From: Octopus vulgaris
Taxonomy: Eukaryota
Reading direction: 5' to 3'
Assembly: GCA_951406725.2 (NCBI GenBank)
Contig: OX597815.1
Location: 135,470,001-135,534,000, forward strand
DNA: 64,000 nt
The notes beneath the pieces are model-generated. The model saw only the letters and a list, made by a program, of their open reading frames with translations, ran no database searches and was not told where the DNA came from. The position numbers and the translations under genes are program-made. Below, in pieces: positions 52,236 to 64,000 of this stretch. Numbering within the stretch: the stretch's first letter is position 1; every line of letters starts with the position of its first letter.

Positions 52236-54527
52236 TATAGAAAAACAGTGATTAGCCAGATGGCTATCTCCTTAACTATTCTCGGAATCATTGGTTCCAT
52301 TGCGCTAAGCGCAGTGGAAAGCAATTAGAATTACAATTTTATAAACTTATATAATCCTTCAAATGTCCAGAGAGGCAATTTCTACAAATCTGTCCATTCG
52401 TTTCTCAAAGCATTCCAATGAGGCTGTTTTAGACCAAAGAAGGGGACATTTTACAAAATCTGGCCCATCACCACCGTGCTTTTATATAATTTAAACTTAT
52501 CCAGAAACTTTAATTTTATTCTAAGTCACCACGCATCAGAAATATTCGAATTTCAGAGTTTATACAGGCGCACTTCAAAATAATTACTGCATAATCACTC
52601 CCGCCACCACGTTTTCCTTACAACTACTAACATTGTTCGTTTTTGGGTAAAAACTTTTTCGTCCTCATTTCCGAACTTCATTTGGCCACACTGAAAATCT
52701 GTCATCATAATTTTTTTTACTATGCTGAGTTATCTCCACTCTCCCGCTTGACTTTCACGCCCGCGCTCTTATATTACTGGACTGTTGTTTGAAAATACGT
52801 ATAATTAAAAAAAAGAAAAAAAGAAAAGAAAAACTCCTCGCCAAATTCTTGTCAATTTCTTTTATTCTAAGACTACTAATTTTTATAAACATCGTCTTAA
52901 ATGATTTTTGTTATAAATGTCTTTTATTGTTTACTATACACAAACTCATTGACTCCTCTTTTCTCCTCTTCCTCATCTTAACCGTAGTAGGAGCGACATA
53001 TCTTACATATAGAAAACTCTGAATTCAAATGTCTGCTGTCTTCTGGGTCTCTTGGATTGGGAAATATTAGATGGAATAAATACCTTGATGTAAAACCATT
53101 CAACTTAAGTCTGGTTATCTCATCTTTTTGTGCTGTTGGAGACCCTTAGTTTCCTAAATAAAAGTGGTTTGCGTATAGTGCAATTTCAGTTCACTATAAG
53201 CAAAATTTACTTACTCGTGCGTAAGTGCATTTTGACATTGTGTCATTTACCCGCTATTTTAAGCACGATGTGATTACTTTCTGATCAGTTAGTGCCAACT
53301 AACTGATTTGAAAGTAATCACATCGTACAATCTTAACAGATTGGCAGTATGTATGTAATCTTATGTTTGCTTTCCCCTGTCTTTTGTCTTAACCATACTT
53401 CCTTTCCCTGACCTTGCTTCTTCCCCGTTCCACTTGCTATATGTTTCACCTGTTTTTTATGTCTCGTCTACGCTGTTTCAATTACCTCACGATGAATCCA
53501 GTTATTTGCTGATCCTCTCAAGCAGTAGTTCTACCTCAAGGCGTCGAAACTGCTAGAATCTTTTGACGGAGGCAAACTTTTGGTTTCTTCTATCTTTTAC
53601 GCGTTCCATCCTTTTTCCTTGTCTTACGAAATACCGTCTATTGTAAAAGATTAGAATGTCCTTCCAAGTCTCGTACACATCCAAAACCCACAATCCAACC
53701 CTATTAAGACAATTTGCAGGCTGTGCAATGCGCATGGCTTGCAAATTTTCACCTTCTTAAAACTGGTAGTGTGCAGAGTTCTTTGCTATATTTTGCAGAA
53801 TACACCCGTTCGTTACACCTCAACTCTTTAAATAGCACTCCTAAAAGTAAAGCTACCACTTTTCTGAGTTTCACTTCCCATTCCATAAGTCACACACATG
53901 CGAACGCATGCGCACACCACTGCATTCAATCCATACTCAAGATCATTTTTAACTCCACCTGTTTTACTACCACGGAACATAATCACTACCCTTCTCTTTC
54001 TTTCGTCTTCTCTCTTCTGCCTAAACAAATCCATAGTATTACACAATAGTGTATCACATTCTAATGAAGGTACTCTCTCTCTGCTCCTGCCAGCTACCGA
54101 CCTATTTATCTCTTTTTAAAATGTCACAAATTTTATAGTTTTATGAAATTACTTCTTGCTTTACTTTCTGTCTCAACTCTTTTTAGTCATCACTAACTCT
54201 GCTCCCTTGAACAGACCTCGAAAATATATTTCGATTAGTGTATGATGACAACCTACTTCGCTGCAACAACACCAGGATGCAATCACCTTGTATATTAAGG
54301 AAACACACACTGCACATCCTCCGTCATTCCCACAGCCAGTGAGATGTTTAACAGTTTGGGAAATCCCCTGTTGTAGCTCCATGTAATCATAATTATTATC
54401 TAACATTCAGTTTAATTTTGCGTTTTTCACAAATTGATGGATCATCGTAGGTCTTATCTAATAAGTGGAGATTCTGGTCATACCTATATCTATATTTAAT
54501 CAGAATGAAAATAAAATCGCTAAAATC

Positions 54528-54714
54528 TAGGCCCGTCGCCAGACTTTGATATCTGGGGGAGCTTCAGAATATTCTGGGTGGGCACTAATTTGTAATAAAT
54601 GCTAAAGTGGAGTTCCGAAATAAGTGTATCACTGTAAATTTGAGTGTGTACCATTGAATAGTGAGGGGGCAGTAGTGTCCTGTGCAACCCCCCCCATCCT
54701 TAGCGACAGGCATA
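54528..54714. mobile_element. hAT-like MITE relic
   Basis: TIRs taggcccgtcgcca / tagcgacaggcata; imperfect flanks ctaaaatc / ctaaagcc. Confidence 0.5.
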
Positions 54715-54896
54715 CTAAAGCCCTTAGAAATGCTAAAACTCACAGTCGCCAAGCTATTTACGCTTGATTCACATAGTTCTAAATCTGAATACCAACGACT
54801 AGGCTTCTTTCACATAGCAAGGAAACACTTCATCTTCAAACCACACATTAGAATACCGATGTAGGTTGGTATTGTAGATACAGATGCAAACACTTT

Positions 54897-55124
54897 GGCG
54901 AGCTGGCAGAAACGTTATCGCGCCGAGTGAAATGCTTAGCAGTATTTCATCTGTCGTTACATTCTGAGTTCAAATTCCGCCGAGGTCGACTTTGCCTTTC
55001 ATCCTTTCGGGGTCGATAAATAAAGTACCAGTTACGCACCGGGGTCGATGTAATCGACTTAATCCCTTTGTCTGTCCTTGTTTGTCCTCTTTATGTTTGG
55101 CCCCTTGTGGGCAGTAAAGAAATA
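54897..55124 (+). mobile_element. SINE family A, near full-length
   Basis: Closely similar to 47395-47626. Confidence 0.9.
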
Positions 55125-55469
55125 TACACTTTAGACGGCGTTAGAAGAAGAAAACGATCAGCATGTTAATTCATAAAGGTCCACTAACCGATGCACTACA
55201 ACCACCAACTTATAAATGCACTCTTTTTCTATCACTGCTACAACAACCGTTGATCCCTTGAAGTAGGGAATGATGTCGACAAATAGAAGTTCAAACTGAT
55301 CGCTCTCACCGTTTCAGAAGACCTACAAAGGTCATGGATGCCTCTCTTTCCATTGATTAATTTGAGAAAAAAATCTAATCAGAACTGTCACATATCAGCA
55401 CCAGCTACGTTTATAAAGATAATTTAGTGATGATGCTTCAACTCCATGTATTTCTTCATATGTGTACGT

Positions 55470-56506
55470 GAGTGTGTACCTATGTATATATGCACACGCG
55501 TGCGTGAGTATGTATCTATGTATATATGTACACGCGTGCGTCAGTGTGTATTTATGTATATATATGTACACGAGTGCGTGAGTGTGTATCTATGTATATA
55601 TACACACGCGTGCGTGAGTGTGTATCTATGTATATATGTACACGCGTGTGTGAGTGTGTATCTATGTATATATGTACACGCGTGCGTGAGTATGTATCTA
55701 TGTATATATATGTACACGCGTGCGTGAGTATGTATCTATGTATATATATGTACACGCGTACGTGAGTATGTATCTATGCATATATGTACACGCGTGCGTG
55801 AGTGTGTATCTACCCAACAGAACCACCTTCACACGCGTGCGTAAGTATGTATCTATGTATATATGTACACGCGTGCGTGAGTATGTATCTATGTATCTAT
55901 ATGTACACGCGTGCGTGAGTGTGTATCTATGTATATATGTACACGCGTGTGTGAGTATGTATCTATGTATATATGTACACGCGTGCGTGAGTGTGTATCT
56001 ATGTATATATGTACACGCGTGCGTCAGTGTGTATCTATGTATATATATATGTACACGCGTGCGTGAGTGTGTATCTATGTATATATGTACACGCGTGCGT
56101 GAGTGTGTATCTATGTATATATGTACACGCGTGTGTGAGTGTGTATCTATGTATATATGTACACGCGTGTGTGAGTATGTATCTATGTATATATGTACAC
56201 GCGTGCGTGAGTGTGTATCTATGTATATATATGTACACGCGTGCGTGAGTATGTATCTATGTATATATATGTACACGCGTGTGTGAGTATGTATCTATGT
56301 ATATATGTACACGCGTGCGTAAGTGTGTATCTATGTATATATGTACACGCGTGCGTGAGTGTGTATCTATGTATATATATGTACACGCGTGCGTGAGTAT
56401 GTATCTATGTATATATGTACACGCGTGCGTGAGTGTGTATCTATGTATATATATGTACACGCGTGCGTGAGTATGTATCTATGTATATATGTACACGCGT
56501 GCGTGT
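55470..56506. repeat. 32-36-bp minisatellite (tatgtacacgcgtgcgtgagtgtgtatctatgtata)n, about 30 units
   Basis: Direct inspection. Confidence 0.95.
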
Positions 56507-56638
56507 ACTCTACAAAAAGTATTGAGCGATTCTTCAGTTTAAATGTAAAATTGTTTTTTATAACTCGACATAAAAATATTTATCTCACTCTCATATATAT
56601 ATATATCACACGCACACGCACACACACACACACACACG

Positions 56639-56696
<58 letters not shown>

Positions 56697-57073
56697 TGTG
56701 AGTGAAAAAGTATGTCTGAGTGTATGTGTATATCTGAGTTCGCGTGTATGTATACGTGAAAGGAGGGGTGCTTGACTGTCTGCGCGCATGTGCATTTCAA
56801 TATACTATGACGTAAGATGTTAGACCACGTGCTAAGATCAATAAATATTGGTTTGGTGCTGCTGTCGTTACTCTACTGCTGATTTGCTGCTGCTGCTGTT
56901 GCTGCTGCCGTTGTTGTTGCTGCTGCTGCTGCTGCTGCCGTTGTTGCTGCTGCTGCTGCTGATCTTTATATTTTTGTTGGTGTGTTTGTTGTTGCTACTG
57001 TATGTTAATGTATTCGTATGACTGACTTAATGTTTGTGCGCAGGTGTAAATGTGTATGTGTGTGTGTATATAA

Positions 57074-57104
<31 letters not shown>

Positions 57105-58633
57105 TGTATGTATGTATGTATATGTCTATGTATGTATGTATGTATGTATGTATGTATGTATGTATGTATGTATGTATGAGTTGTATATGTCTATGTATGT
57201 ATGTATGTATGTATGAGTTGTATATGTCTATGTATGTATGTATGTATGTATGTATGTATGTGTGTGTACGAGTGTGTGTATGAGTGTGTATATGAGTGTG
57301 TATATATATGTACGATTGTGTGTGTGTGCATGTGTGTGTGTATGAGTGTGCGCTCGTATGTATGAGTGTATGTGTGTGTATGTACTCGTGTGTGAGTGTG
57401 TATGTACTCGTGTGTGTGTAAGTATGAGTGTGTGACTGTTTATGTATGAGTGTGTGACTGTTTATGTATGAGTGTGTGCGTGTGACTGTGTATGTATGAG
57501 TGTGTGCGTGTGTGTATGTATGATTGTGTGCGTGTGTGTGTGTGTGTGCCTGTGTGTATGTATGAATATGTGTGCATGTGTGTGTTGCTGTGTGAATATG
57601 ACTGTCTATTTGTGAGTGGAATGTATATTTGCTATGTGTTATCAGTCTTCGTTTAGATGTACTTGTGCGTGTGCGCGTGCGCGCGTCTGTGTGCGTGCGC
57701 GCGTGCGTGTGTGTGTGCGTGTGTATACGTGCGTTTGTATCTATGTGAACACGACTACCTGCTGATGCGTATGCTTTCAGGGTGCGTGTATATATATTTA
57801 GAAAATCATCTCAGATATGTTCCCTTGCAACCATCACAAGCGCGCGCACACACGCACACATACACACACACACACCACACGTACACACACCACACGTACA
57901 CACACCACACGTACACAGATACCGTGTGTGTATATATATATATATAATAAATATATATTACACACACATACGCGTTGTATAAGCACATAGTCATGTGCAG
58001 ACTTTATTGTGTCTGATTGCTTCTATTCTTGCTGCTTCTATCGGTTTTGTTACTGTTTCTAGTCTCTTATGTAATTTGGCGCGATTTTAAAAGATGGTGT
58101 GAAGTATATTAATCAGCTGTGTCTGTGTTTATTTATAAGTCCGTACGGGAATGTGTGCACGTGAATGGTGTTATTTAGCTCCATATAAATCCTGTACGAG
58201 TTAACCGATAATAAAAGACATTCCAAATCTGACCTTCCTGGCTTTTTTAGAGGTATGTAGGATACATTATCTAATACATTCCTTTCTTAAGACCGTAGAG
58301 TGGTTGCTATTTCTAGACGGTCGGTTAACCACGTAGAGCCTCTCTTTAAAATCCAATTTATCATTCTTATTTAGTTTATATAATTCTTTTTTTTTTTTTT
58401 TTGGCGGGGAACTGTGAATCTCGAAGCAAATATAAAGCTATAAGTAGTAGCTGCCCACGACAGCCATCGACGTTTTCTATCGAGCAAGGTTTATCAACCC
58501 AGTATTTATGTTTCTATTAATAGCTTTATGCTTGCTTCGAGATCTACTGTTCCAAAAAAGAATTATTTCACGTTCTCTTGAAAGTTTATAATTCTAATGA
58601 TGTCAACAACAACACATACGCACACACACACAG

Positions 58634-58683
<50 letters not shown>

Positions 58684-59749
58684 ACACACACACACAGCTT
58701 TTTATCTTTTAGTTTTTACTTGTTTCAGTTATTGAACTACTGCTATGTTGGGACATCACCTTGAAAGGTTTAGTCAAACAAAGTGACAGCAGTACTCATT
58801 TTTTTAGGTATGTTATTATTCTATCGACCTCTTTTGTCGAACTGCTAAGTACGGTGACGGAAACAAGTCAACAAAGGCTGTCAAGTCTTGGTGAGGATAC
58901 AGACAAAACACACACACACACACACACAACTAAATACAAATAAATACCTATGGCCCTATGCAAAGCTTCAGTGACTGGTGGGGAGAAGAGAGGAAGTTAC
59001 TCTGAGACAGGTGATCTTACCTGAATCCTTACGACAGAGTTGCCTCCACCAAAGTTATCGAAGGGCCAGACAGTCTGGTAATCGACTGAGTATGACAACT
59101 GAGAAAAAGGACGTTACTTTGTATGTGCTTCCACAGTTACCTGTTACCAAATTCTACTCATAATGCTTTGTTTACCCAAAGCTATGGTAGAAGACATTTG
59201 TAGAAACGAAGTAAGTAGACACCGGGGCTTAACTAGACAATGGTGCCTACGCCCGTTGTCCATCCATCCACCCATCCATCCATCCATCCATCCATCCATC
59301 CATCCATCCATCCATCCATCCATCCATCCATCCATCCATCCATCCACACGCCCGTACATCTGTGCATACATCATGATATACTTAGCGAATAATGAATTTA
59401 CGAGTCACACGTGCGAATTTGCGACAGACTATCTGAAATTTACTGGAACTGTCGACGGGAGACCGTTACAGGTAAACAAATAGCCCTTAAAAATGAACTA
59501 TAAACGTTAAGGTGAAAGCTTTATCATAAGAACTACAAGAAGGTGCTCCAGCATGGCCGCAGTCAAATGACTGAAACAAGTAAAAGAGCAAGGTAGGACT
59601 AACAATCGTAAATTTGCATTAAATTACAAATAATATTTTGCAGCATGCTAACCACACCATCATGGTTGTAAATGTCACCCCCCCCCCCCGGGGTAACCAG
59701 CGGTCATTCTGGGAAGGAATCTAGAATGTAAAAAAAAGCAGCACAGTCA

Positions 59750-60950
59750 CGATACAGAATGGTTAGACAGGGTACATGATGAGTACAGTTTCTTCTCATA
59801 CATTTAAAATCACAAACGAAATTCTGACGACTGTTGCTAAAACACTGAATAGAAAACAGCGAGTTTAATAAGATCATTTCTCAAAATGCTCTTGCAGTAT
59901 CAGTACTTGTATCAACATTTGAGATCCGTGGTTCGGAGCTCAAGTCTGGAAAATAGTTGACATTGCAGTCAACTACTGTATCAACCATGATATGGACAAG
60001 GTTATTGTTAAATGGTAGAGAGCGTTAAGTGCAAAGATATAAATAAATTCAGTCCAAATGGCCTTTGAATGCTGGATTGTCTCAGAAAACACCATTTGAA
60101 CAGGGAGAAATGTGTACCTCACGTGTATTCAGCTATGAAAACGATAACATCTTGAAGGTACGCGAAGAACCCCTGAATAAGTACTCCGAGTATTTAACCG
60201 TTCTATGTGATCTAAACGTAATGAATCTACTAGAAAATCTTGAAATAGAAACTCACATTAGCAGAAATCTATGCGTGGATTCTTTTCCCATATGCGAAGG
60301 TACCAATAACACTGACAGGAAAAGTAGGTCCTCCTGGGTTTGTAATAAATGTATCGCATCTAACATAGAAGGGTATGCTTTCAATATTCAGAAACAGGAA
60401 ACCATTGGTAAGTACATGATTAACAACTCTCCACATTGTGAGAAAAATAATGACGATACTGTCATACTAGAGTGGAACCCACAATACTGGTAGTTATCCT
60501 AAAATGCCTGCAAGGTACTGCCTTCCAAAGAGACATGGTGTTGTTGCCAATATATTTTTTACTGCACCATGTGTCGAATGAATTGCCCTGATGGAAACCA
60601 GGACCAGAACCAGAACCAGAACCATCGCTTCAGAATAAGGAATACTGCTTGAATATTGTAATAAAAATGCAACAGTCAGGTACAAATAAAACAGACTTGA
60701 TATTTTTTTATGGGTCAGAGAACAAAAATATGTATTGTTATAAAGATCAGTTGTCCAGTGGATCAAAGGGTTGGTCAAAAGTTTTGGAAATAAAATAGTA
60801 TCAAATTTTAGCTCTTGTATTCCCCTATCAATTCTAATTTGTGCCTATTATCGTAGATTAGCAACAGATTTACATAGCAGTTTGGAAATGTTAGGCTTTT
60901 TTCCAAAAAAGAGCAAATATATACTCGCCTCCTCCAAATTCATTCGATTA
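59750..60950 (+). mobile_element. Old R4/Dong-like RLE LINE relic 1 (thumb, knuckle region, endonuclease)
   Basis: NKIISQNALAVSVLVSTFE; SNIEGYAFNIQKQET.GKYMIN (ORF 60065-60493); SYPKMPARYCLPKRHGVVA; NKTDLI; CIVIKISCPVD. Confidence 0.7.
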
Positions 60951-61249
60951 GTGATATAGTAATGGCTTGCAAAGTACAGCGAGCTTATATGTAGTTGGTT
61001 GGTATTCAAGAATTAGCAGCCAGCACACCCTTAAATCAGCACCATATTATCTTAAAAAGAAGGGAAGGGACATATAAAATGATGTTGCCCTAAATGCTGC
61101 TTAAAAGGAGACGGAAACGCCAAGAATGCTTTTGGTCATGGGTTTGCTCGACTAGAGTTGACCTGGAAATAAACAACAACTCGCCTGAACTAATACACTT
61201 TTTACTCTCCTCACTTCTTTCATTTTAAAGACGTAGTGCTTTCGTGTCT

Positions 61250-61875
61250 TGATCTCCCACGATGATGAAGTTATGCGTCAGACCAAAACTCCACTCCTTA
61301 AACTGCAACGGAGCTTCAAAGAAGGGTGCAGCTGCGCGAACAACCAGAGAATCGTGACATTTCTTAGCTATAGTACACCGTATGAGCTCTTTACAAGCGA
61401 AGAAACTAAAGAAAAGTTGTATTTCATTGTCGTTGACCTGCATGATAGTTCGACTGCCTCAACGAAAGCCATCTGTTTGTGGCTCTAAGAATTTTCAGCC
61501 TTGACTTGTGCTAGGAAAAGGCACAAAACGAAACAACACATTCAATTTTATAGTCACAGAAGCCGTTAAACTAGCGACGAGCAGAAAAAAATGAAGCAAG
61601 GTAGCCACTGACTTCAAACAATTCAGGTTTCATGTCAGTATATATCCTTATCCAATATGCATTTACAAAACTTGTAAATAGATTGATACTTTCACATGTA
61701 TATATACACTCTATTAGATGGCCTTAGGGCGCACAAATACCAAATAAGCTGGGGTTGCTGGTTTAGTTACCGATGGCTCCACCATCGTTTACTGACATAT
61801 ATGGTTACCAGTAGAAGGTCTCTAGACATCAGACTTTTGACTTGACAACAACGTAACACTCACACACACATCCAC

Positions 61876-61961
<86 letters not shown>

Positions 61962-63350
61962 GGCATTAAATCCTCTCTTCTTTATTTTCATAGAGCGAAT
62001 AGTTAGCGTCTATTATTACAGTGAAAACCATCAATGTAACCTAGAAATTATTTGTGGACGATCAAAAGGTTTCTATGGGAAATATCTAAAGCGCCAAGAA
62101 TTGGATTCAATAACATTTTCGGTTTATACCGGGCATAGAATTTGAACAAAAGAAATGCTTATATTTGAACACGGAAAATGTTTCCCCGACCCACCAAGTT
62201 TGATATCACTGGTCGCTTTGTCTCCTCTGTTCCACAGAAGAAGCACAACAATATTTCATAATACAGTATTGGTACTGATGTCGGGATTTGAGATACTTGA
62301 CTGATTTATGGGAGGAAGGCACTCCATATATATTAAAATTTGTAAGATCTTTATACCAGCAATGAGCTTCCACAGAAAAAGGGACATTGACAAGCTCTCT
62401 CTAAGAAGGAAAGAACGTGGAAATGGGCTTGAAGTAAATACAGACAGACAGTAAATGTTTTATGATATCACTCAAACTTTAGCAAACAGCATCAGCAAAA
62501 AATAAATATATCAACGAAAAAGTTCTCAAAAGTGAAAGGAACAACATCCTACGGGGCAATAATTGACTTCTCAAGAAGTGCTCATTTCCAGATAGCCTTC
62601 TACATAACACTAAAATTGATGCACAAGCATACCTCAACAATGCTCTGGAAGAGAAACAATCTCCATACTGAAAGATAAAAGTTATATAGAATAGGTTCCC
62701 GGAAATTTATGGATAAAACTGTCACTGACAGGAAGTGTAGATTTTCTTGAACTCTTAACTGTTATATCACATCATGTTTCATCTCACTTGTCTTTGCAAC
62801 CCACCGCAAGACATACGTACCAAATAGTTTATGAATATCATAAGAACAAAAGAGGGCCAAACCATTATACATCAAAAACGCGACCGAAAATGTCAGTAAA
62901 CTTAGATCCTCGTGGAAGATATTACACATGTAATCAACCGTTCATAATGTCATTAAGTTGCTACCTTCCAATATGGCATGACGTTGATACTCAAACAATA
63001 TCGAATGTCATCTGTAGGTTGGAATAAATTTAGAAAACACTTTTATTGCTCGTGACATATACATGCATTAGCAGAAGAAATATTAGCGGAACATTCTTCT
63101 GCCAAGTGCAAACAAAACAGGCCTGATATATTGTTTAAGAGAGAAAGGAAAACTTATGCACAGTTACAGAGGTCAGCTGTCCTGCAGATTTTTCTTTCAA
63201 AATGATTATGAAAGAGAATATTTACGTATAACTTCTTCGAAATCTATACTTTATCTATTCGGATTATAAATGTACAATCATGTCTATAATTACTGGAACT
63301 CTTAGTTGGCTATATTAGTAAATGTCTAACTGGTAATCTTGAAAAGCTGT
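61250..63350 (+). mobile_element. Old R4/Dong-like RLE LINE relic 2 (RT through endonuclease), split by (CA)n at 61857-61960
   Basis: ALNPL; LFVDDQK (RT catalytic motif); GIEFEQKKC; FHRKRDIDKLSLRRKERGNGL (cf. H..SD.DRLY..RK.GGRGL); EDITHVI; KQNRPDIL; CTVTEVSCPAD. 5' boundary uncertain. Confidence 0.75.
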
Positions 63351-63549
63351 GGAACTTTACGTTAAAAAAGTGACCGGCTAATACGAATTTTGTAAATATA
63401 ATCTGTAAGCGAAGCCGTAAAAATACGCAAGCTTACAAAAAGGAAGTTAACGTGTCGTTTCACTGTTTTTTCTTTAAATAGAAATTCCAGATAAATTATT
63501 AGAAACAAACTCCTTCTTTATAGAAAGAATTCATATGAAAAGATAACTA

Positions 63550-63810
63550 CATTACATATAAAAAACTTCAAAGACACAGTAACATAAAAATAGAGTAGTC
63601 AATTTTGGACCAACAACCATTATATTAGCTCCCACTTTGAGAGTATGCTTTTGAGATCCAGTAATTGGATTGCAACAAAAGATTATGAAGGTACAGGCAA
63701 GCAACTGCGACAGAGCCTTCATGATACTATTTACGTACGACAGCTGATGTAGTGGAGAAAACCCTATGCAATGCAATTCGTAAGGAGAATAGCCCTGAAA
63801 ATCCAAATGG
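63550..63810 (+). mobile_element. Old R4/Dong-like RLE LINE relic 3
   Basis: HYISSHFES..FEIQ..IATKD; DVVEKTLCNAIRKENSPE; homologous to the same region of relics 1 and 2. Confidence 0.55.
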
Positions 63811-63829
63811 TTTAAAATTTTGGTACTAA

Positions 63830-64000
63830 GCCAGCTGTACAAGGGGAGGGAATAAGTCGATTATATTGATTCCAGTGCTTAACTGGTATTATTTTATCGA
63901 TCCAGGAAGGATTAAAGGCAAAATCGATTTCAGCGGTATTTGATTTCAGATCATAAAGAGCCTGAAGAAATACTGCTAAGCATTTTGTCCGAGGCGCTAA
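63830..64000 (-). mobile_element. SINE family A copy running off the window end
   Basis: ttttatcgatccaggaaggattaaaggcaaaatcga. Confidence 0.75.

Noticed and set aside
55470-56506. CRISPR-like ~33-bp periodic array
   Set aside because: Tandem units without unique spacers, no cas genes, eukaryotic context
56855-56965. Poly-Gln/Ala coding exon from (CTG/GTT)n
   Set aside because: No supporting ORF or splice context; simple trinucleotide repeat
60065-60493. 142-aa Cys-containing orphan or host gene
   Set aside because: Explained as part of an R4/Dong-like LINE ORF, with motifs continuing in other frames

Overview
Eukaryotic, AT-rich, microsatellite-saturated DNA with no intact protein-coding gene that I can support. 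The SINE families and repeat landscape point to a coleoid cephalopod, probably Octopus (inference). Nearly all ORFs in the supplied track are microsatellite translations. The window contains: (i) decayed non-LTR retrotransposons, including a 3' R4/Dong-type RLE LINE end with a (TAA)n tail at 1-984, three same-strand relics of an older R4/Dong-like family at 59.7-63.8 kb, CR1/L2-like RT fragments at 1.5-6.9 kb and RTE fragments; (ii) dozens of tRNA-headed SINE copies from at least three families, some in close inverted pairs; (iii) several MITEs with readable TIRs/TSDs, one carrying TTAGGG repeats; (iv) two minisatellites. The most notable signal is three short elements embedded in (TA)n tracts, each carrying a minimal type-I hammerhead-ribozyme-like motif (3627-3709 +, 14832-14867 -, 15026-15058 -), which suggests Penelope-like/retrozyme-type non-autonomous RNA elements. 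Family names come from motif recall, not database searches, and boundaries of decayed elements are approximate.
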